Of a stretch of 64,000 nucleotides of DNA, positions 24,006 through 36,805 are shown piece after piece. The DNA is from Amoebophrya sp. A120. Taxonomy: Eukaryota; Protista; Dinoflagellata. The stretch is taken from the NCBI GenBank assembly GCA_905178155.1, contig CAJINV010000003.1, forward strand, positions 10,855,367-10,919,366, given 5' to 3'. Below the pieces are notes generated by a model that searched no databases, was not told the DNA's origin, and saw nothing but the letters and a program-made list of their open reading frames with translations. The position numbers and the translations under genes are program-made. Numbering within the stretch: the stretch's first letter is position 1; every line of letters starts with the position of its first letter.

Positions 24006-26793
24006 ATGCGTGCCCGTGTCGGCCGGTTCTCCGGCAATGCGCTGCTGCTAGCTGCGTCCGCCGAAGGGCGTTTTTTCGAGCCGCTGCTTACCGGCAGCCG
24101 GTTGGCGAAGACCAATCTGCTAGCAAAGAAGAGCGAGGTGACAGGCTTTTGCGACGGCGCCAAAACGGTTGCGGAATGCGACGCGGAGAAGCAGGTCTGC
24201 AAGGCGAATTGCGACGCTAGCCACGGCGACTGCAAGCGCGACGAAGAGCGGTGTAAGCAGGACATTCATCGCTGCAAGGAGGACCGCAATCACTGTCGAA
24301 ACAGCTGTGGTGGACGCTGGCGGCAGAAACGGCGGTGCAAGCGCAACTGCAACCACCGGCACGCCTGCGGCCGCTCCTGGGACTGCCGCCGGAAGTGCGG
24401 CTGGAAGCGGGGAAAATGCAAGGCCCGCTGTCCGCCGGCGTACAAGTGTAAGATGAAGGCCGCTGCGTGCGGCAGCGTCGTGAAGGCCAAGGAGGTGGTT
24501 GCGAACACCGGGTTCGGCGCGATGCTGGAGATGGCCATGAAAGGGATGGAAATCGAATCCAAGCCCGCGTACTCCCAACTCTTTCCCGAGCCGAACGGGG
24601 TCTACGAAACGGGGTACGACTACAAAGCCAACCCCTGGCTGCTGTCCACCGTCCGCTACCAGCTGGCCGTCACGATGGCGGGCTACGACTTTTCCAGCGC
24701 ACTCGCGGGGGGCGGCGAGGAGTACGGCAGCAACTTCCAACCGGTCACGCCGAGATCGGTGTCCGACCCGGCGAAATACTGTGGCTTGGGTTCCGAAACC
24801 GCGGACGCCCAGTACAAGGCGGTGAAGACGTGGAACCTGAAAAAGGGCACACACGATACCCAGGGCTCCGCGTACGTGTACGAAGACGCGAAGCAGGTGA
24901 TCGTCACGATGAACTTCCGCGGCAGCGAGACCCCGTCCTTCGAGACCCCGAAAGAGAATTTTGTGCAGTCCCTGTCGCAGCTGCGTGACTGGGTGGGCAC
25001 GGACTTCGTCTTCTTTCCCGTCAAGGACAAGATCTGCAGGAAGGACAACGTGCAGATCCACCGCGGCTTCCGGCAAGCCTACCGCCACTTCGTCAAGTAC
25101 GGCAAGGACAACGAGGGGCTCAACTGGATCCAAGCCGTCAAGAAGCTACTGAAGGAAAAAAAGAAAGACGGGAAGGAATTGAAAATGATGATCTCCGGGC
25201 ACTCGCTAGGTGGCGCGCTCGCCGCCTTGGCCACCTACGACTCCTGGTGCAACAAGCATTTTCACAAAGACCTCGGCTACTCCGAGGACGCAAAGGACTT
25301 CCCCAGTGGACCCTTTAGTACGTTTTATTTTTTTGCTTCGTGCTTCTGCTTTCTTCGATTCTTCGCACCAAGTTATTATGTAATCTAGTAGGTCTAGATT
25401 CTATAATCTCTTTCTCTCAAACAGAAAAAAATAGCGGAGAGAAGATCATGTTCGTTGATGAAACTCCACCACCGTCGTGCAACAGCTGCCTCCAAAAATG
25501 CTACTTCTACTTCATTCTTGTATTTACTATATACAGCTGTGACGTACGGTGAGGCGTTTCCGTTTTGGGGGTTGGAGTCCATTGACGAGTACGCTGCGAC
25601 GGTTCCGTTGAAAAACCGAGTCCGGGTGAACACCTGTGGGCAGCGTGGTGAGGTTTTCGGCGGCGATACGGTCGGGTCCGTCACCAATTTCTACGCGGAC
25701 GAGGATGGAGGGTGGCGCCACACCTCTGACGGAGACTTCCAGTGCGCGTGGGTGAGCCGAACTGCTGGGGACTCGTCCTGCGTGGGCCTGTATCCGGGGC
25801 GAATGTGTGATCTCTGTCCGGAACAAAAATGGAGTGACTGCGAAAGTTGGCATGTACTAATTTAGTTTTTTCGTGCCAGCCCGCCTACAAGGTCCGCAAT
25901 GTTGCACTAGGGCGAAGTAGCATCTCCAAGAACCTAGATTTTTGTGCGAAGCAGAATTTTCACAAGCGCACGAGACAGGACGCATGGCAAGCATGCGCGC
26001 TAGTTCTACAACCAGTCCGAGGCTACACGTTCGCAATTCATAGCACCCCCGGCACGTTCCTGTGTCACCTGTTGGATCGGTACCTGGAGGGGACCATGAA
26101 CGCCTGTCCGACGGACACCCTGAGTGACGCCGAGAAGTGCCCCAAGCCGCCGCGCACCGACATGACGGGCTTCTGCCAGGGCGAGGTGCCCGTGGGCCCA
26201 GACTTCAAGGGGGACATGCCCAAGTTTTGGTTCGTGGAGTACTTCAAGACGTTCAAGAAGGTCGGGCAGGAAGTGTGGAAGGCCATCCGCAACCCGGGCG
26301 AATTCGCCAAGTCGCAAATGGGGAAGCTAAAAGGCAAGTTCGGAAAGGGCCTGGTGCAAGTCGACGAGAGCGTTGACTTGGAGGAGGAAGAGACCAAGCA
26401 GGACAAAATCGAACAGCAGCTGGAGTGTGACGAGGGAGACGAGTGGGATCAGGAGCACGGCGCCGTAGGCATTGCAAATATAATGTCTGGCTCTGGATGA
26501 ATGCTGCAACTGGGCATGCTTAGTCTGCATTGTGCAAAAAATCTGTGTTTTGTGTTGAGCGTCACAAGCAGCCCCCGACTTGCTACGCAGGCAGCGCATG
26601 ACGTCCCGTGCAGAATCGGCATGAAGAAGCGCGTGCGCCGCAGTCTGTAATGGTTCTGTGTGCATTTTTCCAGGCAATCGGGGTGGTCGATGAGATGCAT
26701 GACAAACACGCGCGCTCTCCCAGACCACCCAGACACATTTGCATTTGACACAGCGTCGACGAAAATGACGACAGCGCAGAGAGCGAGTTGTAG
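24006..26793 (+). CDS. Class-3 (fungal-type) lipase with N-terminal Cys-rich basic domain
   Basis: NFRGS, DWVGTD, IHRGF, nucleophile elbow ISGHSLGGALA, VTYG, H..DRY. GT-AG intron 25318-25536 plus two inverted-repeat introns. Start codon inferred. Ends ..AESEL*. Confidence 0.85.
25791..26042. mobile_element. Inverted-repeat intron
   Basis: GCCTG/GCACC flanks, gcgaatgtgt / acacgttcgc inverted repeat, frame-consistent. Confidence 0.7.
26466..26750. mobile_element. Degenerate inverted-repeat intron
   Basis: CGCCG/CAGCG flanks, tgcaaat..tgtctgg / ccagacacatttgca, TGCATGACAA at 26696. Confidence 0.7.
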
Positions 26794-27942
26794 GGGCCGC
26801 TACGGCTCAAGGCGGTATTTAAGGCAGGAGAGCTTTTTATTTATATCGAAACATGGTGTATGATGCGCTACGACATCTAGTAGGTGTAGGGCGATTTGAC
26901 TCAACAATTTACAATCAGGACGAAAGAGCGTAGTTCACTAAGTAGGTGTTTCTTTTCTTTTCCTCGCTAAGGTTCTTTTTCTTTTCTAGACGATGTAGTG
27001 ACGGTATGGAAGAAGTGTCAGACCACTTTTTAAAAATTCTGGCCTCTACTGATGATTCACTGATGAAGAAGCCACCTCGCTTCGCTTCCGTGTAAAATAG
27101 TTTGTCGTCGTGTAGTTCCGCCAAGTCGCGTTGTGAGTGCACGCAGCTGAACGAGCAGGAAAAATTACTTACTTACTACACGTGTGACATATACCACAGA
27201 AAGGCAGAGGCAGAACTTTTAAATGCTTCACCCACTCTATCATAAGAATGAGAGAGACGCACACCAAAGCGAACTAAACGGGACGGGACTGCTTTGTTAT
27301 TGTGTTACGACGTCTTGGAAAGATGGAGCGGAGCTCACTCTGCGAACATGTCTATCCACGATAATGCGTCGTGGGCATGTTTAGGAGACAAAACATCGCC
27401 ACTCTCGCACTACTTCGCGTTCACTTGTGGTTTTGTTATACGAGAAGTCACAAGAATTGGACACGCGGTTCGCTCCGCCGTCTGCACGAGACTTTCCCGT
27501 GGTATGTTCGTGTTGAAATGATGTTGTGCGTCCTCTAACAGGGATTTCGCTCAAGCCCCCTTCTGAGTGGGTGGTGGAGATGTCGAATGAGAGTCCGTGC
27601 TGAGCACAAATCAAAATCGGTGAGGCGAAAGTAAAGGTGCTCTGGAGCGAAGTAACGTATTCTCATTCTGGCGTTTTGTTTTGAGGGCAAAAACACGATG
27701 CAGTAGCAAGAATACGATGCTGTATCATGGCAGGAATAAAGCGCGGAGGAAGATGAGGCAAAGAGTGAGCGCTTCGCAAAACGCTTGAGGCGCGAGGAGA
27801 ATACCTGCGGATGCACATGCACGGTCCACTCATAATTATTCATTGTGTCTTAGTCTCTCCTCCAGTGAAGAAGTTAGTAGAGTCATGAAGTGCCTCCACC
27901 CCGAACAAGCGAGGGAGGGTCTCGTGTCGCGGTAGGACGACA

Positions 27943-29856
27943 GTGGTCGAAGACGACCACGCGGCACTGTCCACCTCCACACGCAACAAGCACCAGGTAC
28001 AGAGAAGACCGGAGATGTGGTCCTCCAAGCAGCAAATGCGCGGACGGGCGAGTTCGAAAACCACACGCAATCGGAGACCGCAGCAGTGTGGGTGGTTTTA
28101 TTTGTCGCTTGTCGAGCTGAGTTGCGCAGTCGATCCCCGCTACGCGCCCTACCTCTCCCGTACGCAGCAATACCTGCAGGATGCGAAGGAAGCCAATGAT
28201 GCCGCGAAGCGGTACCAAGAACTGACGGCGCATACCCTGAGCAACAATGTATCCAGCCCAAAATTTTCATCTTGTGTGTACATTTACAGAAGTGTCTCAT
28301 ACTAGTACGCAGTCACATGAGGAGACGCAAAGATATCTGGACTTTCGCCATGGGCGCAGGAGGATGACACCGACGAAGCACAATGTTGATACGGCTATAA
28401 GTAGTCCTAATGCTAAGCAGGACTATGACCCGAGCCAGTTTTGGTCGTGCGTGCGCCCAATGTTTCTTTCTTTATCCTATCGAAACAGGGCAACTTTTCC
28501 ATGGGGATGTTAAATGGCTATGGCCATAGAGGTGCTTTCCCATTTTGACTATGGGTTGGGTATGTTTTTAGTAAGGACTGGGCAAGCAAAGCAGTCCGTT
28601 GCTGCACAAACCGCGATCGCGACAGAAAAGGAACTCGCTCGGCTCCACGTCAAAGAGTGGGCCGCCGCAACAAAGAAGGTGCAAGATCTATTGGACAATC
28701 CTGGGGCGGCTAAGGCAGCATCCGCGGCTGCCACAGCGAGTGCACCCTTCGGAAAAGGTACCTATTAACTTCTTTCTCATTCTTTCTACGCCGGAGCCGG
28801 ACAATTATCAACTTCATAAAAAACTTCGACAACTCTTATTCTTTCTATGGTGTCGCTGGTACAAAATTTTCACGTCATTTCTTTTTTTATCGGTCTGGTT
28901 TTGCTTATAAATGCACTACAGTGCAGCTGTAGCTGCGACTTTTTTAGAAACGCGCACACGCTGTACGACAACGTATCCGTCCGTGTCGCATCAAAACGAA
29001 AACAGTGGCCTCCTCGTACCACGCCAGTATGTTGGGGTATGACACGGCGGCACAGGATTATGCGACCCGGGTTCAGGAAGATGTCGAGCTCGCGCACCAG
29101 TTGCAGGGCTACGCAAATCAGGAAATTCTGGAAGGCCAGCGCCCCGCGGTCGCGGACCAGTACCACGCCCAGGCGGTAAATCTGATGCAGCAGGCACAGG
29201 GCTATGAGAAGCTTGCCAAGCAGTACAATTTCATGGCGCTCAAACTCCAGGCGGTCATTATCTTCAAAAAGCAGAACACCACCGCAATTAGCATTGCATG
29301 TCTGCGCTACAATTGCAGATGAAGTGTCTGTGCATATTAAAAGTGCACTGCAGCCAGGCCTTACACGACGTGTTTTATCCGCAACAGATCACAAAGACGA
29401 AGCTTCGTCGTTAATATTCGGAACACATTTATTCTCAGGCAAAATTTGCCAAGAATGTGATGGTCGTGCTTTTGTGTAGTTTCATATTCATTCCGCAGAT
29501 CGTAACGGAAGGGAACCAGGCAGCTGCGCACGCTGCTTTCGAGGCCGATATGATGGTGGACACGACTTCATCCCTTTCTCACTCTGTCCTTGTATCTTGT
29601 CATGCAAATAATTAAAGCTACTTCAACGAACTTCTCGAACATTGTCCCTGTAGAAGTTTTTGCTGGGGACGACAAAGATACGGCTCAAGATGAAGAAGTT
29701 GTGAGGAGGGCGACGTAGTTTTCCACTGCCATAGCCTACCCAGGCAATTCGCTGCCTGTTGAGGAGGTCGTGAATTGGACGGTGGAACCACCCTACCTCG
29801 ACAAGGATGGAAACCCCGTGATCCCAAGTAACCCTCCTGCGCCCGGTAGCAGCTAG
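27943..29856 (+). CDS. Hypothetical Ala/Gln-rich helical protein (multi-exon)
   Basis: Coherent frames 27943-~28245, ~28585-28757, 29006-29258, 29492-29548, 29739-29856. GT-AG intron 28758-29005. Start and first junction are uncertain. Confidence 0.65.
29259..29486. mobile_element. Non-canonical inverted-repeat intron
   Basis: GTCAT/TTCAT flanks, aaaagca..acca / tggtcgtgctttt. Removal gives AVIPQIV. Confidence 0.7.
29549..29733. mobile_element. Non-canonical inverted-repeat intron
   Basis: GCCGA/GCCTA flanks, internal TTGTCATGCA at 29597, frame restored. Confidence 0.75.
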
Positions 29857-32506
29857 CGTTGTCCGGATTCGTGATTTTTTTCCAGCATGTAGAGAAAAAA
29901 CACTGTAGCTTTTGGGCACGATCTTCACATCGATTCATTCACCACTTTGGTGTATTGATCATCTTCATCCGCTGTTGACCAAGATCCACCAGGAGAAGCC
30001 CCAGGACGGGAGCAGGGATTCTCTGTTTTGCCGTGCGTGTTCCGTCTACGGCCCGCCCGCTGATGTAATCTAGTCCTCCTGCTCCCTTATCGTGTGCATG
30101 ACTCGAGATGAGATCATCTGGATGCTGGCAGATGGAAGATCCTTTCTGCGCTGTTGATATTCGTTCATTCCCGTTCCCGACTTTCGTGGATGTCGAGTTG
30201 ATGTCGGTGTTGGCATTGCTAGCAAGACAGCACACATCTCACTGGCTTCATCATTCAAAGGCTGGGGGAGGCTAGTACACAGTTGCAGAGGTCATCGAAA
30301 ATGCAAGTGTCAGGAGGTTCATGCTTTGATCTTCCGGTAGTTCAGGGCTGATTGTTTGTTTGGCTCTGGCGCGACGTGTCGTGTATTTTTGTGTTGAGGG
30401 CGAGGGCCTGGGGGCTCGTTCGATTTCGGATTTCCAGGCCGAACTAATAAGGTCCGGCTCTCCGTCCTTTTTCTTTTTTTTTTTTGTCGCATCGGCGAGC
30501 CTTCCTTTTTTTTTCGTTACGCGTATCATCTGTCAGCCCTGCAGGTCATAAAGATACGTATATATTTCTACACGGAGTATTCTCGTTTTCGTTTGTGGTC
30601 ATGGGAATTACCTGCTCTCTCTGTGATTTCTTCTTCTTTTGTGAATCGAGTGAAGCAGCGCTTCTATCCCTCCTGTTTGCTTCTACTCTGTGAAAATCAG
30701 GAGCCTTGTTGGTCATGTTCTTGTAATATGATCGATGAAATTTGCATTGGTTTGTTGTGGTGGTTGATGCTGGCGATGTGGTGTCCTAGCTTTCTCAGTC
30801 GCATCGTGGAGAAGAACGTCGCGTATAAGATGGTGGTCCTGCTGGTCCAAATTGATTAATACGCCCAGCAGCAAAATAAAATTGTATCTAACGCATCATC
30901 ACTTCTCGGCGTCATTTGGAAATTTTGATACGATGTCATTATGCATTTTCGGTTGTATAGTTGATGCGTATATGACATGTTGATTTCTCCCACCGACATA
31001 ATTTTTGGTTTTTCATCTCCTGTAGCTGAAGCTGCGCACTGCCACTGGCGGCTAAGCGTATCGAGTGCCCATGTAAATCGAAATCCAGAAGTACTAGTAT
31101 GTCGATCATTAATGGTTCGTTTCTATTGAAGTAAATATAAATTAGAAGGGGAGAGCGACTTCATAGTGCACTTGCCGGTGGACGGAAAACACGATGGTAA
31201 AATAAATACGCGAAAGATGATGTATGACTCATCCGATATGATGGATGAAGGCCGCGCAAGCGTTTGTTCCTAAATGTAGAAAGTCGATCGTACCAGAAAT
31301 TTTTAGTACCAAAGAGACAGGAAGATTCGAAAATGAGCTTGGACGCGTGGTGACAGAATTACACAACTAGGAGCTTACTTTAGTATTCTCACCTACGAAG
31401 CTAGTTTTAGTAGTTGATAGCATTGCCATTCCCGGGCGATTCCGTTCCACTACACCCAAGTTGTCAAAGACTCGGCTCCGCACTACTTGTACATAAAGTT
31501 GAAAATTTCGAGCATCTTTGCTTCTGCAACGTCCCGACGTGAAAGATTGACTGAGAATCTATTACCGAAGCCTCTGTCTCGGCAGAGGCCCTTTGTTTTT
31601 CTCTCTCATCGTGTATCTGTTTGTATGCAACAAGTAAGGAGCAGCTGCACAATCTTCATGGGCCGCGCTGTACTATCGACGTCGATTCTACTAATTTTCT
31701 TTCTCTGATCGCTGAACCTTTCGGGCCACACCTTCGCGAGAAAACAAGTAGTTGCACCGCTATCATTGCTCCCTCTTGATTTGAGTTTCTACTCGAAATT
31801 CAGAAAAATAGCAAGGTGAAGGGCTTCGTTGTTTCGCGTGTCGGCCTGGAACTGGAGGCACGTGTGGTCCTTCGATAAGAGAGAGATAGATGCACTTGGG
31901 GTGCCTCTTCGAGACCGGCGCGATTGCAACAGCAAGTTAGGCGGGACGAGATCAATCAAAAACAGCAAATAAACGCGGCTTTCGTTGCCCCCCATGGAGA
32001 GAGCCGATCTGTTACAGAAGAGCAGCGCCGTAGCGCTGGAAGAGGAGGTACTTGAATTTTATTTATTTGCAATTCCAAGAGTGCGTCGACATCGAGAGCA
32101 TTCTCCTCCTGCTGCAGCTCCAATCGTGGGATTCGCAACCACGGGTTAAAAGGATTTATTTTTTTTAAAAGGTTTCGTTTTAAAAACTTGTTGTAATAAA
32201 TGAGCCACGTTGGACGTGGTGCGGCGCGACGTAGATGTTGCAAATGAAGCCGGAGTTATACAGTCGTGGTAGGCCGCTGCAACGTTGCAAACGCGCACAT
32301 CAAAATTGCAAATATAACTTCCAATAGTAAATTTTTCCTACTCGACGTCATGATATCTACCTCAGCATGAGTAGCGTCATCTGGAATGACAGTGTTTTTG
32401 GTGACGTTTTGCAGGAGGAGCATTTCTAGGTTGACGCACTCAACATTCGGGTTCGGGATTCATCAACCACAAGTCTGTATTAATTAAACTGTATAAAAAT
32501 TAGCAG

Positions 32507-35303
32507 GCGGAGAGCGGTGGGGCGCGTGCCAGACCCGGCGGAAGGCCGAGACCTGGAGCTACTACCGCAAACGGACCAACAGCAGCGGCGGCAGCTACCG
32601 CTTCGGATAATAAGCGAGACGGCGAAGAGGTCACACAACTGGGCGTCAAGAAGCAAAGAACCGAGAATGGCATGGTCATCGGAGTGGACCAAGAGTTGGC
32701 CGACATCGTAATATTTTACTGGATTCTGATTCATTGTCTCAATTAGAAAGAATTTAGTGACTCTCTGGTTGTGTGATAATTTTCAGCCGTCCGCAGCAGT
32801 CCTACAGCGTCAGCGTCTTGTTGCTTTTCGTGGCTGCTCTTGCTCCTTCCTGAATTAGTACCTGAACAAAGGGGAAAGAGTATGGAGTAGGCGCGATTAA
32901 AGATCATTTCTCAACAAATTGTTCAGTTCGCGAGACTAAAGGGAAGCGATGACAGAAAACGGATGCTGAAGTCCTGGGCGCTGACAACCGTTTCAAATTT
33001 TGAGATGAAAGATCTCAACTACTACCTCCAGTCAATAAAGAAAGCGGTAGAGGAAGCAAAACGAACCAAAATGGCGAATCAGCAGAGCAATGCCGCTGGT
33101 ACTTTGGTTTGAAAGTGATAATTCCGAACGTGACACAGATGATGGTGCTCCTCAGTCGAAGATAGTATGCCAAAAAGCAACATAGAAGTCATGTGACTCG
33201 CTCGTCTTCTTGCCTGAATCTCATGCGCCGTCATGTGGCGGATTATAATGATTTCCTTTCATATTCATTGATGATGTTTCTCCCTTGCATGCGCAGCCAG
33301 TGCTGTCCGAGATTTTCGTCTTGGTATTTTTCTTTCAGATCAAGCTCAAGCAGGGGGCGAAGCCGGCCTAGCCGCCGCTCCCGAGGGAGGCGACAAGCCG
33401 GGTCTGACGGGGAGCTTCTACCCGCTCAACAACCTACAGCCAGAAGGTACGGAAAAGAAGGAACAGGACGAAAAGGTGTTCAAGCGAGCAAGAGCAGAAA
33501 AACGTATCGACTGATTATTATCATCCTAGTGATTCTCCAGTACGTTGTATTACCTATGGAGTGTGCTGCTTGTGGCTCGATTTATATTTTCTTGTATTTG
33601 CAGCTAGATTAATTTATCATTCGTGAGCGTGTGCTTCTATACTACCACTACGACTACGAACACTCAAACAATATTCTCGTCGCACGCATTGATTTTGTGC
33701 TATTGCCTGATGTGCAGGCAAGCTTCGGGAAGAGGCGGCGAGGGTCAACATGTAGTCGAGGGTACAGGAGATAACCGGTTTACAATATCAACCCACATTT
33801 CACAGGATCACCGGACGAGGAGCAGCAGTATCAGGATCTGCTTCACAGTCTCTCGGAGGCACCGGTGATAAAAAGCGGCGCCCTTGATGAGATAAGGTTC
33901 GAGGAGGTTCTGAACGAGGCAATGAGATTAGCAAAGAAACTCAAGGACTGGTTCCAAGTGTGGTCACACTGCAACATCAAGACACCGGAAAACTGCGGTA
34001 AGGTGTTGTAGCTTTTTGTGGTGCTTGTCTATGCTCGATTGTGTTGCGGATGGGTTCTTTAGGATTCTCGGCGCCGAAGCCCATCTCGAGCCATGTTTTT
34101 TTAGCTTTTTATAAAACCTAAATTGACATCAAACTAACGACACAAAAGAGTCAGCGCCGCTGTGGAATAATCTCACAGTCTCGTCTTTTGTGAATCCTGA
34201 TGAATAACAAATCTAAATAAACAGTGGAGGCGACGGTGTACCTTGCCAACAAGCTTTGTCTCGAGAAAGAAGAGGAAGAGGTTGCGGATATCCTTGGACA
34301 CCTGATGAAGGAAAAAGAAATAAGTCCCAAGTGCTATCTTCTGCAAAAGTATCGTACTCGTACTACCAATTGCATTTCCAGCTTCAGTCTGGAGGTATCA
34401 TGACCGGTCCTCTCTGCTTACCTGTTTACCTGAATCTGCATGTTGTTGTTGAGCTGGTGAGCTTGTGGTTGCTGCGTCCGAAGCTGCTTGTGGCTAGTAC
34501 GGACACGGAGTCATCATACGGTGGCTACTTCTTTGTAGGAAAAGGTAATTAATAAAAAAACTAAAGTCGCAGGCCGAGGAGCTGCTGTCTGGTAAGAACA
34601 GATGCTCTACTCTGTCGTGACATCAAGTTTCATGATTTTCATTCTTAAAAAGGATGAAAATGAATCATTTGCCATGCAATTGACGCTAGTAGAGCGCAAC
34701 TTTTGCGATGCATACAGGCATGGAGGAGGCAATCGGAAAGTTTCATGAGAAAACGTCCGGCAGGGATATCACACTAATCCTCGCTCACTATGCACTACAA
34801 ATTACCCGTACACGTAGAAAGTGTAGTCACGAACAAAATGGAAATGCACCAAACGAACGTTATTGGGCGCACCACTTGCCATGCTGGATGTCGCTGATGG
34901 ACATGGACTTGAAAAATTGTTGAGTTTTGTCATGCAGATACCATGTTTCTACTTCTACTGCTACGCGTACGGGGAATTTCCTGTGGATAGTTGCCTGCTG
35001 GTGTTCATTTACCCAACGCAAAAGGGTGACTTTGGTTGGTCCCGCGTTGGCTGGGGTTTCGGCCAATGGTGGCCTCAGTGCAAAAAGTACACAAAAATCC
35101 TCCCCGAGCCGCTGGAGGCACTGAAAATCGTGGTAAACAAGTTGCTCGAGTACAAGGCGGACTTCGGGCCCGAAAAACAGGAAAAGATGCTCGTGCGCGC
35201 GGCTGAGCTTGCCGGCGGCCGCGCTGAGGCCTGCGACGCCCTTGGTATAACGGGCGACGATACCGTGAAGCCAAGCCCGTCACCGCTGTCCAACGAAGAC
35301 TAA
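32507..35303 (+). CDS. Possible multi-exon hypothetical gene
   Basis: Phase-compatible AG/GT-bounded open segments 32507-32707, 32927-33098 and 33339-~33446, plus a terminal ORF ending at 35303. No recognisable domain. Confidence 0.35.
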
Positions 35304-36805
35304 CCTAGACTGCGACACTGGCGCCGCAAAAGAAGTTCCGCCGCGCCGAGCCTCTAGGAGAAGTGTTTCACAAGCACCACTGCCACATGGCCACGAATGT
35401 TATGTAAACTTAGCACAGACGAGACGAGGCAGGTCGTGGACGACGAGCAAACGCGCAGCCAAAGCCGTAGCTGCCTTGTTTATTTGCTGGCCTCGATCGT
35501 GTGCTATGCCAGGCTCCAGAGAGTCGTTCTGCTTTGGTGGTCGAAATGTTCTCGCAAAGAATATAAGACGGCCGCTAGACGATCATCTCTGGAGGTGTCG
35601 AATGGGCAAAGGAACCTGCCAGAGACATAGGCGACACGACAGTTTTTACTTTGGAAGTCCTATAAGAAACCGAGAGAGCAGACACGGCAGAAACTGGCGC
35701 CTCCGTGAGTACCAGCTTCCGCCCATCCCATCTGTGGAGGTGTGATGATTTGTTCTCTATATTCCTTGATGGCTGAAGATGAAGATCCTGATGGATGCTA
35801 ATGGGATCCCAATTGCCCCCACGGCAGGCTGCTGCACTGAGACTTGTAGTACAAGGAAGTCGAAGAACACCTGCACGAAGAAATGCGGTAAACGATGACG
35901 CGGTCTATTTTTATAGAGAGGATCGTCAAGTAGATTGCCAGTTGACCAACAAAAAATGGATCAAGGACCAGAGGGAACGGAGCGTGAGTGACTTTGGACT
36001 GTAGGGTAAGTACGTAAAGTGCTGAACGATCTCCTTCTGTCGCTAGATCGCTAACAGGTTTCCGTTGGCTAACTATTCAGTTACATTCTCCGTAATATCT
36101 TAGGATGTACCTTGTGTAAGTAGTAAGTTTGTTTGAAAAGCGATGGCGCTTGGCGTTGATTTGCGCTGGCACCATCGCCGCAAGTTGCGGTTTCGCATTG
36201 TTGTGTGCTCCTAAATGTATTGAGCAGTAATTTTTCATGTACAAATATTTTGGATCGTCGTGTTACGTGAAAGTCTTCCCTAATTCATCTGTGGCACCTT
36301 TGAAAGAGGTCCAGGTTCGTCGACGTCGTCGCTTGCCCCTTCGTTCTTCGTAGTTGCGCTGTTTCGCCACGGGACAGTCCTGTTTTAGTTTGTTGCTGCT
36401 CGCACCGGAACAGGTTTTTCGTAAGACTTGACGTTTGGTGCGGGCTAACGCGGCGAGGTGGACCGACGGCTACGATGTTGTTTTGGTTAAAATCGACGGC
36501 CGCAGAAGAGTGCTTGCCACGTACCTCTTGTTCAGTAGCCGGACCAAGAAGTAGGGGAGGGGTGGCGCTGGCAGATATCGAGCCGGTGTGCTAGCAAAAG
36601 CGAACAAAAGACGGAGACGCGAACGGATACGGAAAAAATGGAGAGGCAAGAGGACAAGCCCAAGCCGGAGGCTGGCTGTTTAGCCTCTCACGACGTTGCT
36701 GCCGTATCTGGAGGTTGGTACCGCAAGAGGAAGCGAAGGTGGAGAAGGACCAGGAGGGACTTGTATGAAGACGCAAACTTCTCGAACTGTTGCTGCTGTT
36801 TTCTG

